Below, piece by piece: positions 37,854 through 50,100 of a DNA stretch of 64,000 bases (the stretch's first letter is position 1; every line of letters starts with the position of its first letter). Location of the stretch: NCBI RefSeq assembly GCF_048593235.1, contig NC_133620.1, positions 455,357,261-455,421,260 on the forward strand, written 5' to 3'. The position numbers and the translations under genes are program-made. The stretch comes from Sminthopsis crassicaudata (lineage: Eukaryota). The notes below the pieces were generated by a model, which was not told the origin of the DNA, did no database searches, and saw only the letters and a program-made list of their open reading frames with translations.

Positions 37854-39001
37854 GCATATATTTTGACATTTGATGTATCTTTCCCTGCCCACATACTAGG
37901 TTTTATGGTGGGAGTCTCTGGCCAACCCCAAAACCAAATTAAGTAGCTTTGGCTGAGAGCTTTAGTGCTTGCTTCTTGACAACCACCTCTGTGTGTTGTT
38001 CGTTTGACATTTTTCTCCCTTGGTTCTCTTGTCCGACCATTCTTTCCTAGTGGATCATCAATCATCACAGGGCTTGCTACTCTATCCTGCAAGTGATCTC
38101 TTCATTAATGAACATCTATGTGGAAATAAAACTTGATCTAGTTTTGACTTGGACAAACTGCCTATTAAATGTTTGATGGGCATATCAAAAGTTATGTAAT
38201 TGTTGGCTCCAAACTCTCTTCCTCACTTTCCTGTTTGTGTTGCCACTGCCACCCTTGTAGGCCCCACCTTTGCAATCTTGGACTCATTCTTCCCTCCCAT
38301 TCCCAGTTGGTTGTAATCTTGTCTGTTCACTTGTCTGTCCCCATCTCTCCACTCGAACATTCACCCCTATACTTCAAACTCTTTTCATCTTTTGCCTGAA
38401 TTGGATGCCCTGCCTCTATTTTCCCTTCTGTCCTTTCTACACAGTTACATCATATTCTTAAAGCCCAGGTTGGGTCATGTTCCTCTCCTGTTCACATCAG
38501 CTCCAGTGACTCCCTATTAAGATTGTAGGGATAAAACATTAATTTGTTTGGCTTGGAAAGCCCTCAATAATCTGTGGCTTTCAGCCTATCTTTCCAGATT
38601 TACTACTGTAAGATTCTCACTTCCTCTTGCATACTATATCTTTTCTAATGAAATGAGCAGTCATTCCCCATGCATCTTCTATCCCTGTGTCTTTGTATAG
38701 GGTGTCCTTTGGGTGCAATTCTAATGTCTCTGCCTTGTTGATCTCTATCTTTAAAGCTTAGTTCAAGGGCCATTTCCTACCTGAAGAAATCCTTCCTGAT
38801 TCCTGGCCCCCATCCCCCACTCACAGTTGCTAATGTTCTTCCTTTCTGGAAATGATTTTGTGTTTGTGTGTAATAAATGGAAATTATCTTGTGTGTTTGT
38901 CTCAGAGTTGATATTTGTAACTACTTTTTGAATGAATGAGTGTAAATTTGGTGCCTTGGGTAGTACCCTAAGTGTGTCAGCCATGTGTCCCAAAACAAGT
39001 G

Positions 39002-39008
<7 letters not shown>

Positions 39009-39054
<46 letters not shown>
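39009..39054. repeat. (CA)23 microsatellite
   Basis: Direct observation. Confidence 0.97.
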
Positions 39055-39058
<4 letters not shown>

Positions 39059-39869
39059 AGGGTTTTTTTGGTTTGAATTTTCCATTCTTGATCTCCTGAA
39101 GGTGCTTTGTCCATGGATGAAGAGGAAAAAGCTCTCTTGCTCAGCTGTTCATTGGTGCCCAGTGTAACTCTGCTTACTGTGCTGGATTTGGGGCTAATCA
39201 GCTCTCCTTAATATACATACTTAGTTATGTATTCCCTTCCAAATGCTTCACTCTGAACCTCATCCTACTTACAGCTTCTTCCCAGGGTTTCCTCTGACTA
39301 TCCCTGGCTCATGCTTCCAAGGATGGACTGGGGCTTTATGCAGTATTTTCTGAGATCCTCGAAGGCCCAGGGAAGAGAAAGCTGAATATCTACTTGTAGA
39401 ATTGACTCACAGAACAGTCTCTCAGATCCTGTATAACCGCTAGAGCTGAGCCCAACCACCTTATCCTTGGGTCATACAGTTAGTGGCTTTTCCCAGTCAC
39501 TGCCCCTCTACTCTTCTTTCTCCCCCACTGTCTTCCACTTTATGTTCTCAGTAGTGCCTGCCCTCTGCCATAGGACCATGGGATATTGTCCTCCCTGATT
39601 GACTCAGACCAGGGAAAACCTGTTTCACACTACTTCAGAAAAGAGTGTATATACTCCTTTCATTTTCGGGGATGGCCCCACCTTCTGAAATGTTTGTTAG
39701 TGTTTGATTTCAGGGACCAAGGCCTGGGACTTGTGTGTTGCCTCAGCTCTCTGATGAAGGGCAGTAGTTCAGTTTTCCCTCCTGGCAGAGTGGTAGGAAT
39801 GGGGACAAGGGAGGGCACACTCAGACTTTTAACAGCTTAAGAATCCATTCTGATGGTACTCAGATCTAC

Positions 39870-40790
39870 CTCTCCTCTTCTGCCCCACCCTCTGCTGACT
39901 CCCAATCTTCCAATTGCCTTTAACATATCACCAGTTTTATGTCCAACAGACATCTTACACTCAACATGTCCAGACAGAACTTATCATCCCCTCACCCCTT
40001 TTACCTTCCTTCTATTAGCAGGCTCCCAGACCTTCAGGCTTACAACCAGGAGGATGTCTCATTATCATGTACCTCCCATGTCCACGCCTGTCAATTTCAC
40101 CTTTGCAATATCTCTCTGGAATATACCCCCGCTTTGGGCACTGCCATCTATGCAGGTCCTTGTCACCTCGCCCCTGGATTACTGCAGTCTCCTACTGTGG
40201 GGTCTGCCTCCCAAAAGGCTCTCCCCACTCCCTACTTGGATCTGTCCTCCAGTCAACCACTCACATGATTTTCCTAAAGTAACTAATTTGACCATTTCAT
40301 TCCCTTACTCAATAAACTCCAGCAGTTTCCTATTGTCTTCAGAATCAAGTACAAAATACTCTGGCATTGAAGTACTTCATAATTCATCCCCCTCTTACAT
40401 TTCCAATTTCTTACACCTTATCCCCCACACCTTCCCCCAACTCCTGGTTTTCTGTCTATACCATGAACAAGATCCTCTCTCTGCTCAGGGCTTTTCTCAG
40501 GCTGTCCCCCATGCATGTAATGTGCTTACTCTTCTGTCCCATCTACTGGCCTCCCTGGCTTCCTTTACTAAAATCCCATTTTCTACAGGAAGCTTTTCCC
40601 CAGTTTCTCATCATTTCGGTGCCTTCCTTATTAATTTTCCTATTTACTCCTTAGATATCTTGCATTGTATATATTTGTTTCCCTGTTAGAATGTAAACTC
40701 CTTGCCTGTGTCTTTTGCCTCTTTTTGTATTCCCAGAACTTTAGCACAGTTCCTGGACATAATAGGTACTTTATACATATTTATTGATTG
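39870..40790 (+). mobile_element. L2 LINE fragment (degenerate ORF2 to 3' tail)
   Basis: CCAACAGACATCTTACACTCAACATGTCC core and TTAGCACAGTTCCTGGACATAATAGGTAC tail. A further L2 piece lies at ~38200-38960. Confidence 0.7.
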
Positions 40791-43444
40791 GAAACTTCTC
40801 CCAACTTTACTCCCAGTGTCAATCTAGTATTGAGCCTCAATTTGAAGATATAGCTCCACATGGTAAGGAGGAAAACATAGTCTGAAGTCTTTTAAAGAGT
40901 GTTTAAAAAAAATTGACTTGGCAGGGAACCTTTATGACCTAGGGATATTCTAGGAATCAAGACTGTTGATTTGAATCCTTTTACTTTCTTTGGCTATTGA
41001 TCCTAGATTTAAATATACATCTGAGTAAGTAAGTTAGTTAGGACAGTGAAATGGGAGAAAGGACCAAAACAGTATTATAGGGAGTGAAACACATTCTTCT
41101 TTCTTGTCTTCACACATAAACCAGTAGCCCCTCCCACTTTCATCACTTATCCCCTTGATATATCTCATTTGTCCTCTTAGCCCCTTTTCCTAAGGCTTCT
41201 GGGATTTTGAGTTGTCATTTTCTCTTTCCCCTCCACTGAACACCCATTTTCTCCTCCCACCCCAAATCTCCAAACTCCAGGCACTGGAATGCAGGCAGCC
41301 ATGTGCACAGTCATGAGATACAAAAGTGTTTGTTAGATAAGATTCTAACTTTGAAGAATCTGTGTGAAAGTGAGATGAGCACTTTGAGGGAAATGAGGGA
41401 AGGATATGAGATTAGTAAGTGTGAGATTCCCCACCTCCATCTCTTGATCTAGAAAATAATGCTTGCTGTGCTTGCCAATCAGAGTTGTAAGAATAAAAAA
41501 TGTTTGATGGTACTTTGGATAGTGGGAGGGGAGAGGAAGAGAAGGAAAACCAACCAATCAGAATACTTATGATAGAGATACTAATGATGATGATGGTGAT
41601 GAAGACGGGCAGAGTAGACTAACACTTAAAATAATTGACAAGGACCAAAGACTTCATTTTTCAGGGGAAAAAACTGAAGCCCACAAGTGATCTGAATTGC
41701 TTGGTATCACAGCTAGATATGTATCAGAGCTGGGAGTAAAATTCAGGTCCTGACTCCCAATCCAGCAATTTTCCTTGCTGGCTTGTTAAGGAAACCCAAG
41801 GAAACTGACTCCTCATTTGCCTCAGAACTTCTAGCTCCCCTGTTTATAGATTATGTGGTTCCTGAATAAGTCTTCTGGACTTTGGCTTCCTCATTTGTAA
41901 AATGAAAAAATGAAACAATGTCTAAAGTGGTTCTGTGATCTTACCCCCTGCCAAAAGGGTACCATCTTTCTCCATTTTAGACACAGCTTTCTCTTTCTGT
42001 TTGATTCTCCATCTTCCTTCCCTACCTTCTTTCTCCACAGACTTCTACAGACATACAAAGCACCTATCATAACAGTTCTCAGAACCAAACTTCCCAGCTG
42101 TCCGTGGGACACTGATTGAATTAAAAGAACTAGATTAGGAAGGAGCCAGAAAACCTGGATTAGCTGAGAAGTAGACGCAAATTGAACTATATCACTTTAA
42201 GGAAATCACTTCCCTTACTAGATAGTCTCGTTTTCCTTATTAATGAAAGGAAGGAGTTGGACCAATTCTCAGATCTCTCCTAGCTCTTGCATTCTAGTCT
42301 AGGCCCAAGACATTTTCCCTGGATGTAATTAAATAGAAAAGCAAAATTCACTCTCCCTATAGAAATGGAACAGAAAAATTTCAACCCACAGCCTGTTGCC
42401 TTACAAGGTAGGGACTAATACCTAGGATATTCCATTATTTGCTGGCTTACCCATCTGCAAAATGGGCCCTGTTATAGTTTGGGCAATGAAGCTTCAGAAA
42501 GAGAATACCTGCCACACAATAGCTGAAATTTACTTAAGACCTTCTGCAGACATGAACTTAGGACTGTTTTACCTGGTAGAACTCAGGTGGCCTAAGAGAA
42601 CCTGATTTCTCTGATTGGCCATCGCCATACTATTGGCAAAAAGTGTTAGTGGAGGAGAGGAGGGGCTATGCTGATCATAGATTCATTAAGCCCTTCGCTT
42701 TTTCTCCCTCCCTCTGTTCTGTATCTCTGTCTCCTATTTTCAGCAGCATCTTTTTTCCTTTGGGTGTGGATACTGGGGGGCGGGAGAAAGACCCTGGCAC
42801 AATTCTACTCCCAAATTCATCCCTAGAAGATCTGACCAACTCAAGAGTCCGATGCAGGTGCTAAAGATGGCATCCGGACGTAAACAATAAGATTTGCCTC
42901 CAAGTCCCCCCTTTCTCATTTGGGGCCCGGGAGGTTTGCAAGAAAAAAAAGGGAGGGACTGGTGGGAAGGCTGTATCTCTAGGGGTGAGAAAAGACAACC
43001 GGGAAGGATGTGTTTCTGAGAGAAGGGGCACTATGCAGACTCATGGCGACAGACATAGATCCAGACTCACTGTGACAAATGGCCGCGGTCTTCTGTAGCT
43101 TTTGTCTGCGCTGCTCTCCTTTTGCGAAGGGGGCGGCGGTGGGGCAGCCCTTCAAGCCGTGGTTAGCTGTAGACCCAGGAATGCTGTGTCCCCTAGACTC
43201 AAATGGTCCCGAAAGGCGGTAGGAGGATGGTATGCTTTGCCTCCTGGGGTGTCTAATTCCTGCCTCTCATCCAGGGAGGGGTGGGGGTCCGGGAGTTGCT
43301 GGTCCCGCCCCCTCAGCCTGCGCCCCGCCTACAGTCCCACCCCCTACCCCTCCCCTCCTTTCCCTCCCTCAGACGGGGCCGGCGAATACGCGCGCGCGCT
43401 AGAGGAGGGGTGGGGGGGGGGAGGAACGGCCGCGTGGGCGTGCT

Positions 43445-43522
43445 GCGGGGCGACCATGGCTGTAGACTGTTACCCCCGGTTCCCACAGTAACAATCGAAA
43501 GCCACGGTTGCCCTGGAGACGC
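43445..43522 (-). ncRNA. MIR132: pre-miR-132 hairpin (5p 43487-43508; 3p 43451-43472)
   Basis: The reverse complement gives UAACAGUCUACAGCCAUGGUCG and ACCGUGGCUUUCGAUUGUUACU, identical to the known mature sequences. Confidence 0.99.
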
Positions 43523-43575
43523 GGGAGTGGGGGGGAAGGGGCGGGCGCGCGAGTGACGGCATCTCCGTAGCCTCT

Positions 43576-43583
43576 TGACGTCA
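43576..43583. promoter_or_regulatory. Full palindromic CRE (TGACGTCA) between miR-212 and miR-132
   Basis: Exact consensus. miR-212/132 is an established CREB target. Confidence 0.8.
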
Positions 43584-43928
43584 GAGCTTGCGGCGGGGGC
43601 TAATGCTAGGCTGTGGATGGAAGGGGGGTAATTGGAGAGGAGGAGAGGGGCGACGCGGTTCTGGAGAAGGGCACTCAGGCGGAGCAGCCTCGGGTCCCAG
43701 AGGGGCTCAAGGCTCTAGATGTGTAGCCCTGAGCTTCCTCCCTGAAATTCTCCAGGCGGGGGTCCTGGAGTCCCGGATGTACGGGGCCTCAGGCTGGAAG
43801 CGGACTGCGGCATTTCCCGAGGGTCTACGTGCCCCCCGACTCGAACCTTGGCTCCGGGCTCACACGCAGCCCAGCAGCCCAGGGGTGTCGGGGGCGAAAG
43901 AGGCTCGGGCTGGAAGCAGTCCGTTGGG

Positions 43929-43949
43929 ATCAGCACCACGGATAGCTCC
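43929..43949 (+). promoter_or_regulatory. RE1/NRSE (REST-binding) element
   Basis: ATCAGCACCACGGATAGCTCC versus consensus NTCAGCACCNNGGACAGCGCC (2 mismatches), located between the two hairpins. Confidence 0.8.
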
Positions 43950-44214
43950 AGAGATGGGCCCTCCGGCTGGAGGGCTGCCCAGAGCCTCGGGAGGCGGAAC
44001 TTTTCCTACTCGCTGCATTGCCCACCTCCCTCCTTAGGGCTCATCCAGGGGGTCGGGTCTGGGGCTCGGGGGCCACATTCAGGAACACCATAAGGGTTTG
44101 CAGGAGGGGGTGGGGAGAGAGCCCAGGCGAGATTCTGGGGCAAAGATGTTGAAGGGGGCGACGAGATCTGCGGGGCTTCCAGGAGCGTCCGGGTGTCCAG
44201 GGGCGGGGGCCAGG

Positions 44215-44288
44215 CGTCGGTGGCCGTGACTGGAGACTGTTACTGAGGGTGGCCCGGGCAGTAAGCAGTCTAGAGCCAAGGTGCCGGC
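44215..44288 (-). ncRNA. MIR212: pre-miR-212 hairpin (5p 44260-44282; 3p 44221-44242)
   Basis: The reverse complement gives UAACAGUCUCCAGUCACGGCCA and ACCUUGGCUCUAGACUGCUUACU. Confidence 0.99.
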
Positions 44289-44472
44289 GCGCTGCCCGGG
44301 CCGGACCTGAATGAATCCTCCTCCTCCTCCCGCCGCCTCTGCAGCGGCTCTGGACAGGGCTGGGGCTGGAGCCTGAGCTGCCAGGAGAGACAGACGCATC
44401 CCCAGGATTAAAGGCTCCCCTTTCCCCCTCCCCCCCAAAGTGCCAGAACATGGGGGCTCAGCACGCGGCCCC

Positions 44473-44495
44473 TGACGTCAGGACCAGTGTGACGT
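44473..44495. promoter_or_regulatory. Full CRE (44473-44480) plus half CRE (TGACGT 44490-44495) upstream of miR-212
   Basis: Exact motifs seen. Confidence 0.75.
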
Positions 44496-45307
44496 GGGAG
44501 GCTGCAGCGGGGGAGGGGAGAAGGAGGGGGCAGTTCCGGTGGCTGAGGGGGGGAAGGGGGTCTGGGAGAGGTGATGTGTGTGGGGGGGAAGGATCAGAGA
44601 GGCGGGACACTGAGCGGAGCTGGGCAGAGCCGCTTACTCTTGGTGCTGAGAGGACAGCTCCGAGCCTCGGGAACTCTCCTCCGGGGAGGCAGTGGGGGGG
44701 GGGGGTGCAGGATGAGAGGGAAGGGAGGGAGATGTTTGTAAGAGAGGGCGGCTTGGAGCGAGGGATCCGGAGAGGTTGAAGGAGATGAGCCGGATTTCTG
44801 GGTGATGAGGGAAATGAGAGGAAGGGGTTCCTGGAAAGACTCGAAGTCCAATGAAGCCAGGGGAAACGGAGCGATGCCACGAGGGGGCAGGGCGGTGGTG
44901 GGAAGCACGTCCTTCCCTCTCCCGCACCCCCGCTCCCAGCTCTGGCCGCCGAGGCTGAGTCACCAAACAACCACCGCTGCAGAGAAGGGGCGGGGGGCAG
45001 CTACCGAACTGGGGGGCAGGAGTCCGCGGGAATGGGCCCTCCCGGGGAAGTCGAGGGAGGCAGGTGGAGCCGGACTTGGGGCAGGGGAGTGTGTGTGGAA
45101 AGGGGGCGGATTCCCGCCCCCCCCGTCCCCCTCCCTGCCTAGGATGGCGCAGGAAGCAGAGGAACCAAAAGAGCCAGCTCTCGGCGTCTGGCTCTTCCAC
45201 TCTCCCTCCGGGACAGAAGCTGGGGGTGCAGGGACCTAGACGGAGTGGCTGTGCTGCAGCCTTGGCCCGGGGGCTTGGAGAGGGTGGATGGGTTCAACAC
45301 AAGAGAA

Positions 45308-45475
45308 NNNNNNNNNNNNNNNNNNNNNNNNNNNNNNNNNNNNNNNNNNNNNNNNNNNNNNNNNNNNNNNNNNNNNNNNNNNNNNNNNNNNNNNNNNNNN
45401 NNNNNNNNNNNNNNNNNNNNNNNNNNNNNNNNNNNNNNNNNNNNNNNNNNNNNNNNNNNNNNNNNNNNNNNNNNN
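45308..45475. other. Assembly gap (168 N)
   Basis: Run of N. Confidence 1.
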
Positions 45476-45730
45476 GCTGTGCGTTCCCACCTACCCAACC
45501 TGGCCAGGGGGCTCCCCCGGTGGAGGGGACTCTGACAGGACCACGGCAAGTACTCCACACTCCACCGGAGGCCGAGCGGGGGCGGTCTGCGACCGAGGGA
45601 CGGAAAGGGCAGCGAGAAAGCAGCACGTGCCGGCCGGCCCCGCCGTCTCCCAGCGCTCCCGGCCCCCGCTCAGACCCTCCCCCGCCCCCCTCACCTCCAC
45701 CTCCCTGGCCCGCTCCCGGCTTCCTCTTAC

Positions 45731-45808
45731 CTGGCGGAGGCAGCCTGCCAGACGCCCGCTGGACGGCCGCTGCCTCGGCGTCCCAGCCCCCGCAGCTCGG
45801 CTCCCGCA
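45731..45808 (-). ncRNA. Putative non-coding exon 1 of the miR-212/132 host transcript
   Basis: Begins ~25-30 nt downstream of the minus-strand TATAAAA and ends at a consensus donor CCAG|GTAAGA (45731/45730). The TSS is inferred. Confidence 0.6.
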
Positions 45809-45831
45809 GCAGTTCGCCACCGCGCCGCAGC

Positions 45832-45951
45832 TTTTATAGCTGGGATAGTACTCCGGCCGGCTCCTCATTCATGCGGCCGCGGCTCCTACACACTGACGTA
45901 GCTCCGACGTCAGCAGGGAATTTAGGAAACGGGAAGAGGGGCTATTTATAG
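45832..45951 (-). promoter_or_regulatory. miR-212/132 host promoter: TATA box, two CRE-like sites, MEF2 site
   Basis: TATAAAA (minus, 45832-45838), TGACGTA (45894-45900), CGACGTCA (45905-45912), CTATTTATAG (45942-45951, exact MEF2 consensus). Confidence 0.75.
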
Positions 45952-46842
45952 CGCCGGTGGCCGAGGGAGGGGGAGCCGGGGAGGAAGGGCAGAACATGTA
46001 GTGAGCTTTTGGGGGGCTGCGGGAGGGGGGGCAACTGCTTCGGAAAGGAGTGCACATTAGCTCAGGATCCTGGGACAGGAAGGTGCTAAATTCCCTGGCA
46101 GCCCCAAGGCTCGTGCTCTGAGGGTCCCGCCTGGAGACAACGGATAGGAAAGACTGGACAGGGGCGGGGGAGCAGCCTGGGACCCCAGCTAATTTCACCC
46201 GTTTCCATTCACTCATTGGACCCTTCTCTGGGGGCCCAAAGGAGGGCGTCGCCCCACTCTGAGGACATTCTACAACTGCGCTGCCTTGGATTGGGGAAGC
46301 AGCAGTGACTGGCGGTCTAGGGCTCAGCGAGTACGGAAATGTCCACGGAGACCAAGACTCCGGTCCTGGTTTGATACAGCTATGGGCTGGTGGAAAGCAT
46401 CGGATCTGGAATCAGATACAGAGGACCTGGGCTCCAGCTCCATTCTGGCCCTTCCTAGCTGGGTGAACTCGGGCAAATCCCATGATCCCTCAGCGCCTCA
46501 GTTTCCTTATCTGTGAAACAGGGAGCATATTTCCCGGACTGCTCCACAGACCTTTCATGAAGCTCCAACGAGAGCTTGTGAAATAATTTGTCAGGGGTAA
46601 AGGGCGAAGTAATCATGTCAACTAGTGGTATTATGAACTGGAAGATTCTCTACAGGCAAAGAGGGAAGTTCCTGCCTGCTGCCCTAAGCCAGTTCTTAGC
46701 TCTTAAGCTCGGGGAATCGGGCCTTAGCTGCTTCAAAGGTCCAACACGTTTCCCCTCTCTGTGGCGCCAGAGTCCTCACAGAGTAGCGTCATAACTACCA
46801 CGACAACGTCAGGGATGTCACTATCTAGGGGTGCGGCAGGAA

Positions 46843-47160
46843 GGGGGAAGAGGGGAAAGAAGGCAGGCAAAAGAAAAGGGAGAGAAGGAAAGAAAGGGGA
46901 GAGGGAGGAAAGAAGGGAGAAAAGGGGGAAGAAGAAAGGAAGAGAGGGAAGGAAGAAGGGAGAAAAGGGGGAAGAAGAAAGAAGGAGAGAGGGAGGAAAG
47001 AAGGGAGAAAAGGGGGAAGAAGAAAGAAGGAGAGAGGGAGGAAAGGGAGAAAAGGGGGGAGAAGAAAGGAAGAGAGGGAAGGAAGAAGGGAGAAAAGGGG
47101 GAAGAAGAAAGAAGGAGAGAGGGAGGAAAGAAGGGAGAAAAGGGGGAAGAAGAAAGGAAG
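46843..47160. repeat. Near-pure purine minisatellite, ~6 copies of a 42-45-bp unit (AGAAGGGAGAAAAGGGGGAAGAAGAAAG...)
   Basis: Unit starts at approximately 46911, 46954, 46999, 47042, 47084 and 47129. Confidence 0.9.
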
Positions 47161-49000
47161 CAGGAAAGACTCTGTTCAGGGAGGGGAGGGACACAAATAG
47201 ATGCAGCAGCTTGTACTGTTCCTGGTTGGAAGGACCCTAGAAGCCAAAAGGAGAGCTTGAATAGTACACTGAGAGGGTTCTAGGGATGAAGCAGCAGGCA
47301 TAGGAGGAATGGAGAACAGAGAATAAATGGGGGGAGGGAGCAGCTCTATTAGTCTGGGAGGGTAGATGTCATTCATGGGGAGAAGCCCAGTCTAAGAGGT
47401 GTGCAGGGCAGTCATGGGGGCAGTGGAAACAGTGTCAGAGCTAGACAGGCTGTTCTTATCCTACCTCAGTCAAAATGAGTGTGTGTGTGGGGGGGTTGTA
47501 TTAGAAACCTAAAGTTCCTTCTAGCTCTAAACCCAATGGTCTCTGGTCCTGAAAAATTTTTATCTCAATCAGTAGCAAAACAGGGGAGAGAGAGGAAAGT
47601 TTGGAATAGGGATCTAAAGAGGTTTAGTAATGAAAATGGAAAAAATGCTGGCTACAGAGCAGAGGCTCAGACACACTCTTAAGTTTAAGTCTCATTTCAC
47701 CTCTGGAGCCTTGATCACCTCATTTGTAAAGGGAAGGGCCGGCTGCATGGCTTTGGAGTCCCCATCAATTCTACACAAGGTCTATAATCCCCTTCCTTGC
47801 TAGCAGAGAAAGGCAGGAAGCCTTGGCCTCTTTGGCCGAGCCACTAGCTAGCTAGAATTAGGTGAAGTGAAGAGTGAAAGATAAGCAATAGCGGGGTTGT
47901 GGCCGACGTGGGGGACCAGCACATTGTTCTGTGCCATTCACTGCCTGGGAGTGCAAGAGAATCATGTGAATGCAGACACATGCTTAGCCCCTGGGCAGTG
48001 GGCTAGGGATGCAGGGTAAGGTGAGGAGGAGAAGGCTCCTTTCTCTTCCAGGTGGAGAAGTCTCATGGGTGAAATGGAGCCATTGCCATGAATGGGATCA
48101 ATTTAAACTGGGAGAGAAAGGATTCTGTTCAAGCCAGAAACTGGGGAAGGGGATGGAGAGAGATGGGTTGAAAAAAGCCCTTTGAGTGAGGGCAGAGTTA
48201 GGAATCTAGTCCTTGGGCTAACGTGGCCATCTCAGAGGAAAAGTCAGCAGCGGGAAGGATGGAGAAGAACTGACCGCGAAAATGACCACTGGGAGAGGAG
48301 GACAGGGCTGATCGTTCTGACGTGGACAAGAAGTTTGATGGAGCAAGTGAGGCTGGCTACAAAGGACATCATACTCCTTTGCTCTGCACCTCTGGCCCTC
48401 AAATGGAAGAGAAACTTGAAAGAGCAGAGAGGATGCCTTTCAGGAGAGGGAATCCAGGAGGGAAGAACGAATGGATCCCAAGCATGGAACTGGGAGTGGC
48501 AGGCAAAGGAATTCTTCCGGGTGTCAGAAAACCGGAGATACTGGGAAGATGAGCCCCGAGGCTGGGGAGGGGAGAGCAGGCAACCCGAAATAGGAAGGAG
48601 CGAACTAGTATTAGGATCTATAAGGCTGGGATTTTGGGTGGGGGAGGAGGGAAGTAAGGAGGGAGGCTGGGAGGAAGAGCTTAAGGGATGGAGAGAGGTG
48701 GAAACAAGGAGAAACAGAATGTGAGGGACTGGATATAGGCTGGAAGATGGGGACAAGGGATGGGGGGGGGGAATAGTGAGGGCCAGGAAAATGGGAATGA
48801 GAGGGGGGGAGAGGAACGTAGTGGACCAGGAGAAGATAGAGACGAAAAAGGGGAGGGAAAGGAAAAGTGGATGAGAACTGAAGGAGTGGCGATGGGGAGT
48901 GGGATAGAAACTGATAGAAAAAAGAAAAGGTGGAGGCGGGGACCACAGAGTCAGGACAGAGGGATGGAGATGGAGCGAAGGGAAGGGAGTGATCAGAGGG

Positions 49001-49002
<2 letters not shown>

Positions 49003-49078
<76 letters not shown>
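49003..49078. repeat. (AG)38 microsatellite
   Basis: Direct observation. Confidence 0.97.
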
Positions 49079-49081
<3 letters not shown>

Positions 49082-49099
49082 GAGGAGACTCGGGGAAGC

Positions 49100-50100
49100 G
49101 GAGAGAGGGAAAGACAAGGCTTGGACATTAAAATGGAATTCTTCCACAGGTGGCGCAAAAATCTGGGACCGGGGGCCGCGAGCCCGGGCACTGACGCCAG
49201 GCGGGCGTGTCCCCCTCGGGCTGGGGAGGCGTCCAAAGCCGATCCGGAGGCAATCCGCTGAGGTCTGGAAGCGCCTCTGGAGGGCGCCGAAGACCTTGGT
49301 GTCTGCTCTGGGGGGACGAGGGGCGGCGGCCCTCGGAGCTCACATTGGCGGCGGATGAAAAAGTTCTGGGCCTGCCAGTGAACCAGGCTTCCTTGAAGCT
49401 GCTGGAAGTCCCTCCGCTCCACTGAGTCCCAGACCCTCCGTCCCCCCACCCCCACCCCGGCCGGGAGGAAAGCTTAGCGGCCCCGGGCTCCCGAGGTTCC
49501 AGGGGAACTTGCCCTGACGCTCGAGGACTAACTTCATGCTAACCGCTGTACCCATGGCAGGGTGACTCAGCCCCGACCTCCCCGCGGGGCCGCAGGCTGA
49601 GGACAGAGCTGGGGGCGGGAGAATCGGAAGGGCGCCCCCCCAATCCTGTCCACCGCAGCCCCCCGGCCCGGTTGCCAGGTTCTCCAAGGCCTTGGAGAAA
49701 AGAGATCTGTACAAACCTCATCAGTTACCATAGCAACGTTTCGCGCGCCGCCGCCGCCGCCGCTACCATCCCCGCCCCCGTTAGAGAGGGGAAGGTGGGG
49801 GAAGGTGGGGTGGATCTGAGGCTCTGGCTGTTGAATACCCAACGTGGGGACCCCGGTCAGCCAGCATATAGCCGGAGCGAGCGGAGGCGCCGTCCTCCCC
49901 AACGGGCCCGCTGCAGCCTATTCTGCTCCGGGCCTAGCGGCCCCCATGGAGGGGCACGCGTTAGGTTACGGGTGACTGGACTACTCGGGGGGGGGGGCGC
50001 CCAGGAAGACTTTCGGAGCGCGTAACAGCCCCTCCTATCCTGCGCTGCTCGCTTCTCCGAAGTGCCCTCGCCCCCACAGGAAGCAGGAGTCGTGCGTGGG
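49100..50100. promoter_or_regulatory. CpG island upstream of HIC1 containing X-box, AP-1 and CTCF-like motifs
   Basis: CpG-dense. GTTACCATAGCAAC (49724-49737), TGACTCA (49563-49569), CCTCTGGAGGGCGCC (49274-49288). Confidence 0.6.

Noticed and set aside
39853-40689. 278-aa ORF
   Set aside because: Lies within a degenerate L2 element; not a host gene.
46733-47283. Lys/Glu/Gly-rich and Phe/Pro/Ser-rich ORFs
   Set aside because: Translations of the purine minisatellite.
48244-49455. 403-aa minus-strand ORF with (SL)n
   Set aside because: Produced by the (AG)38 repeat and a purine-rich flank.
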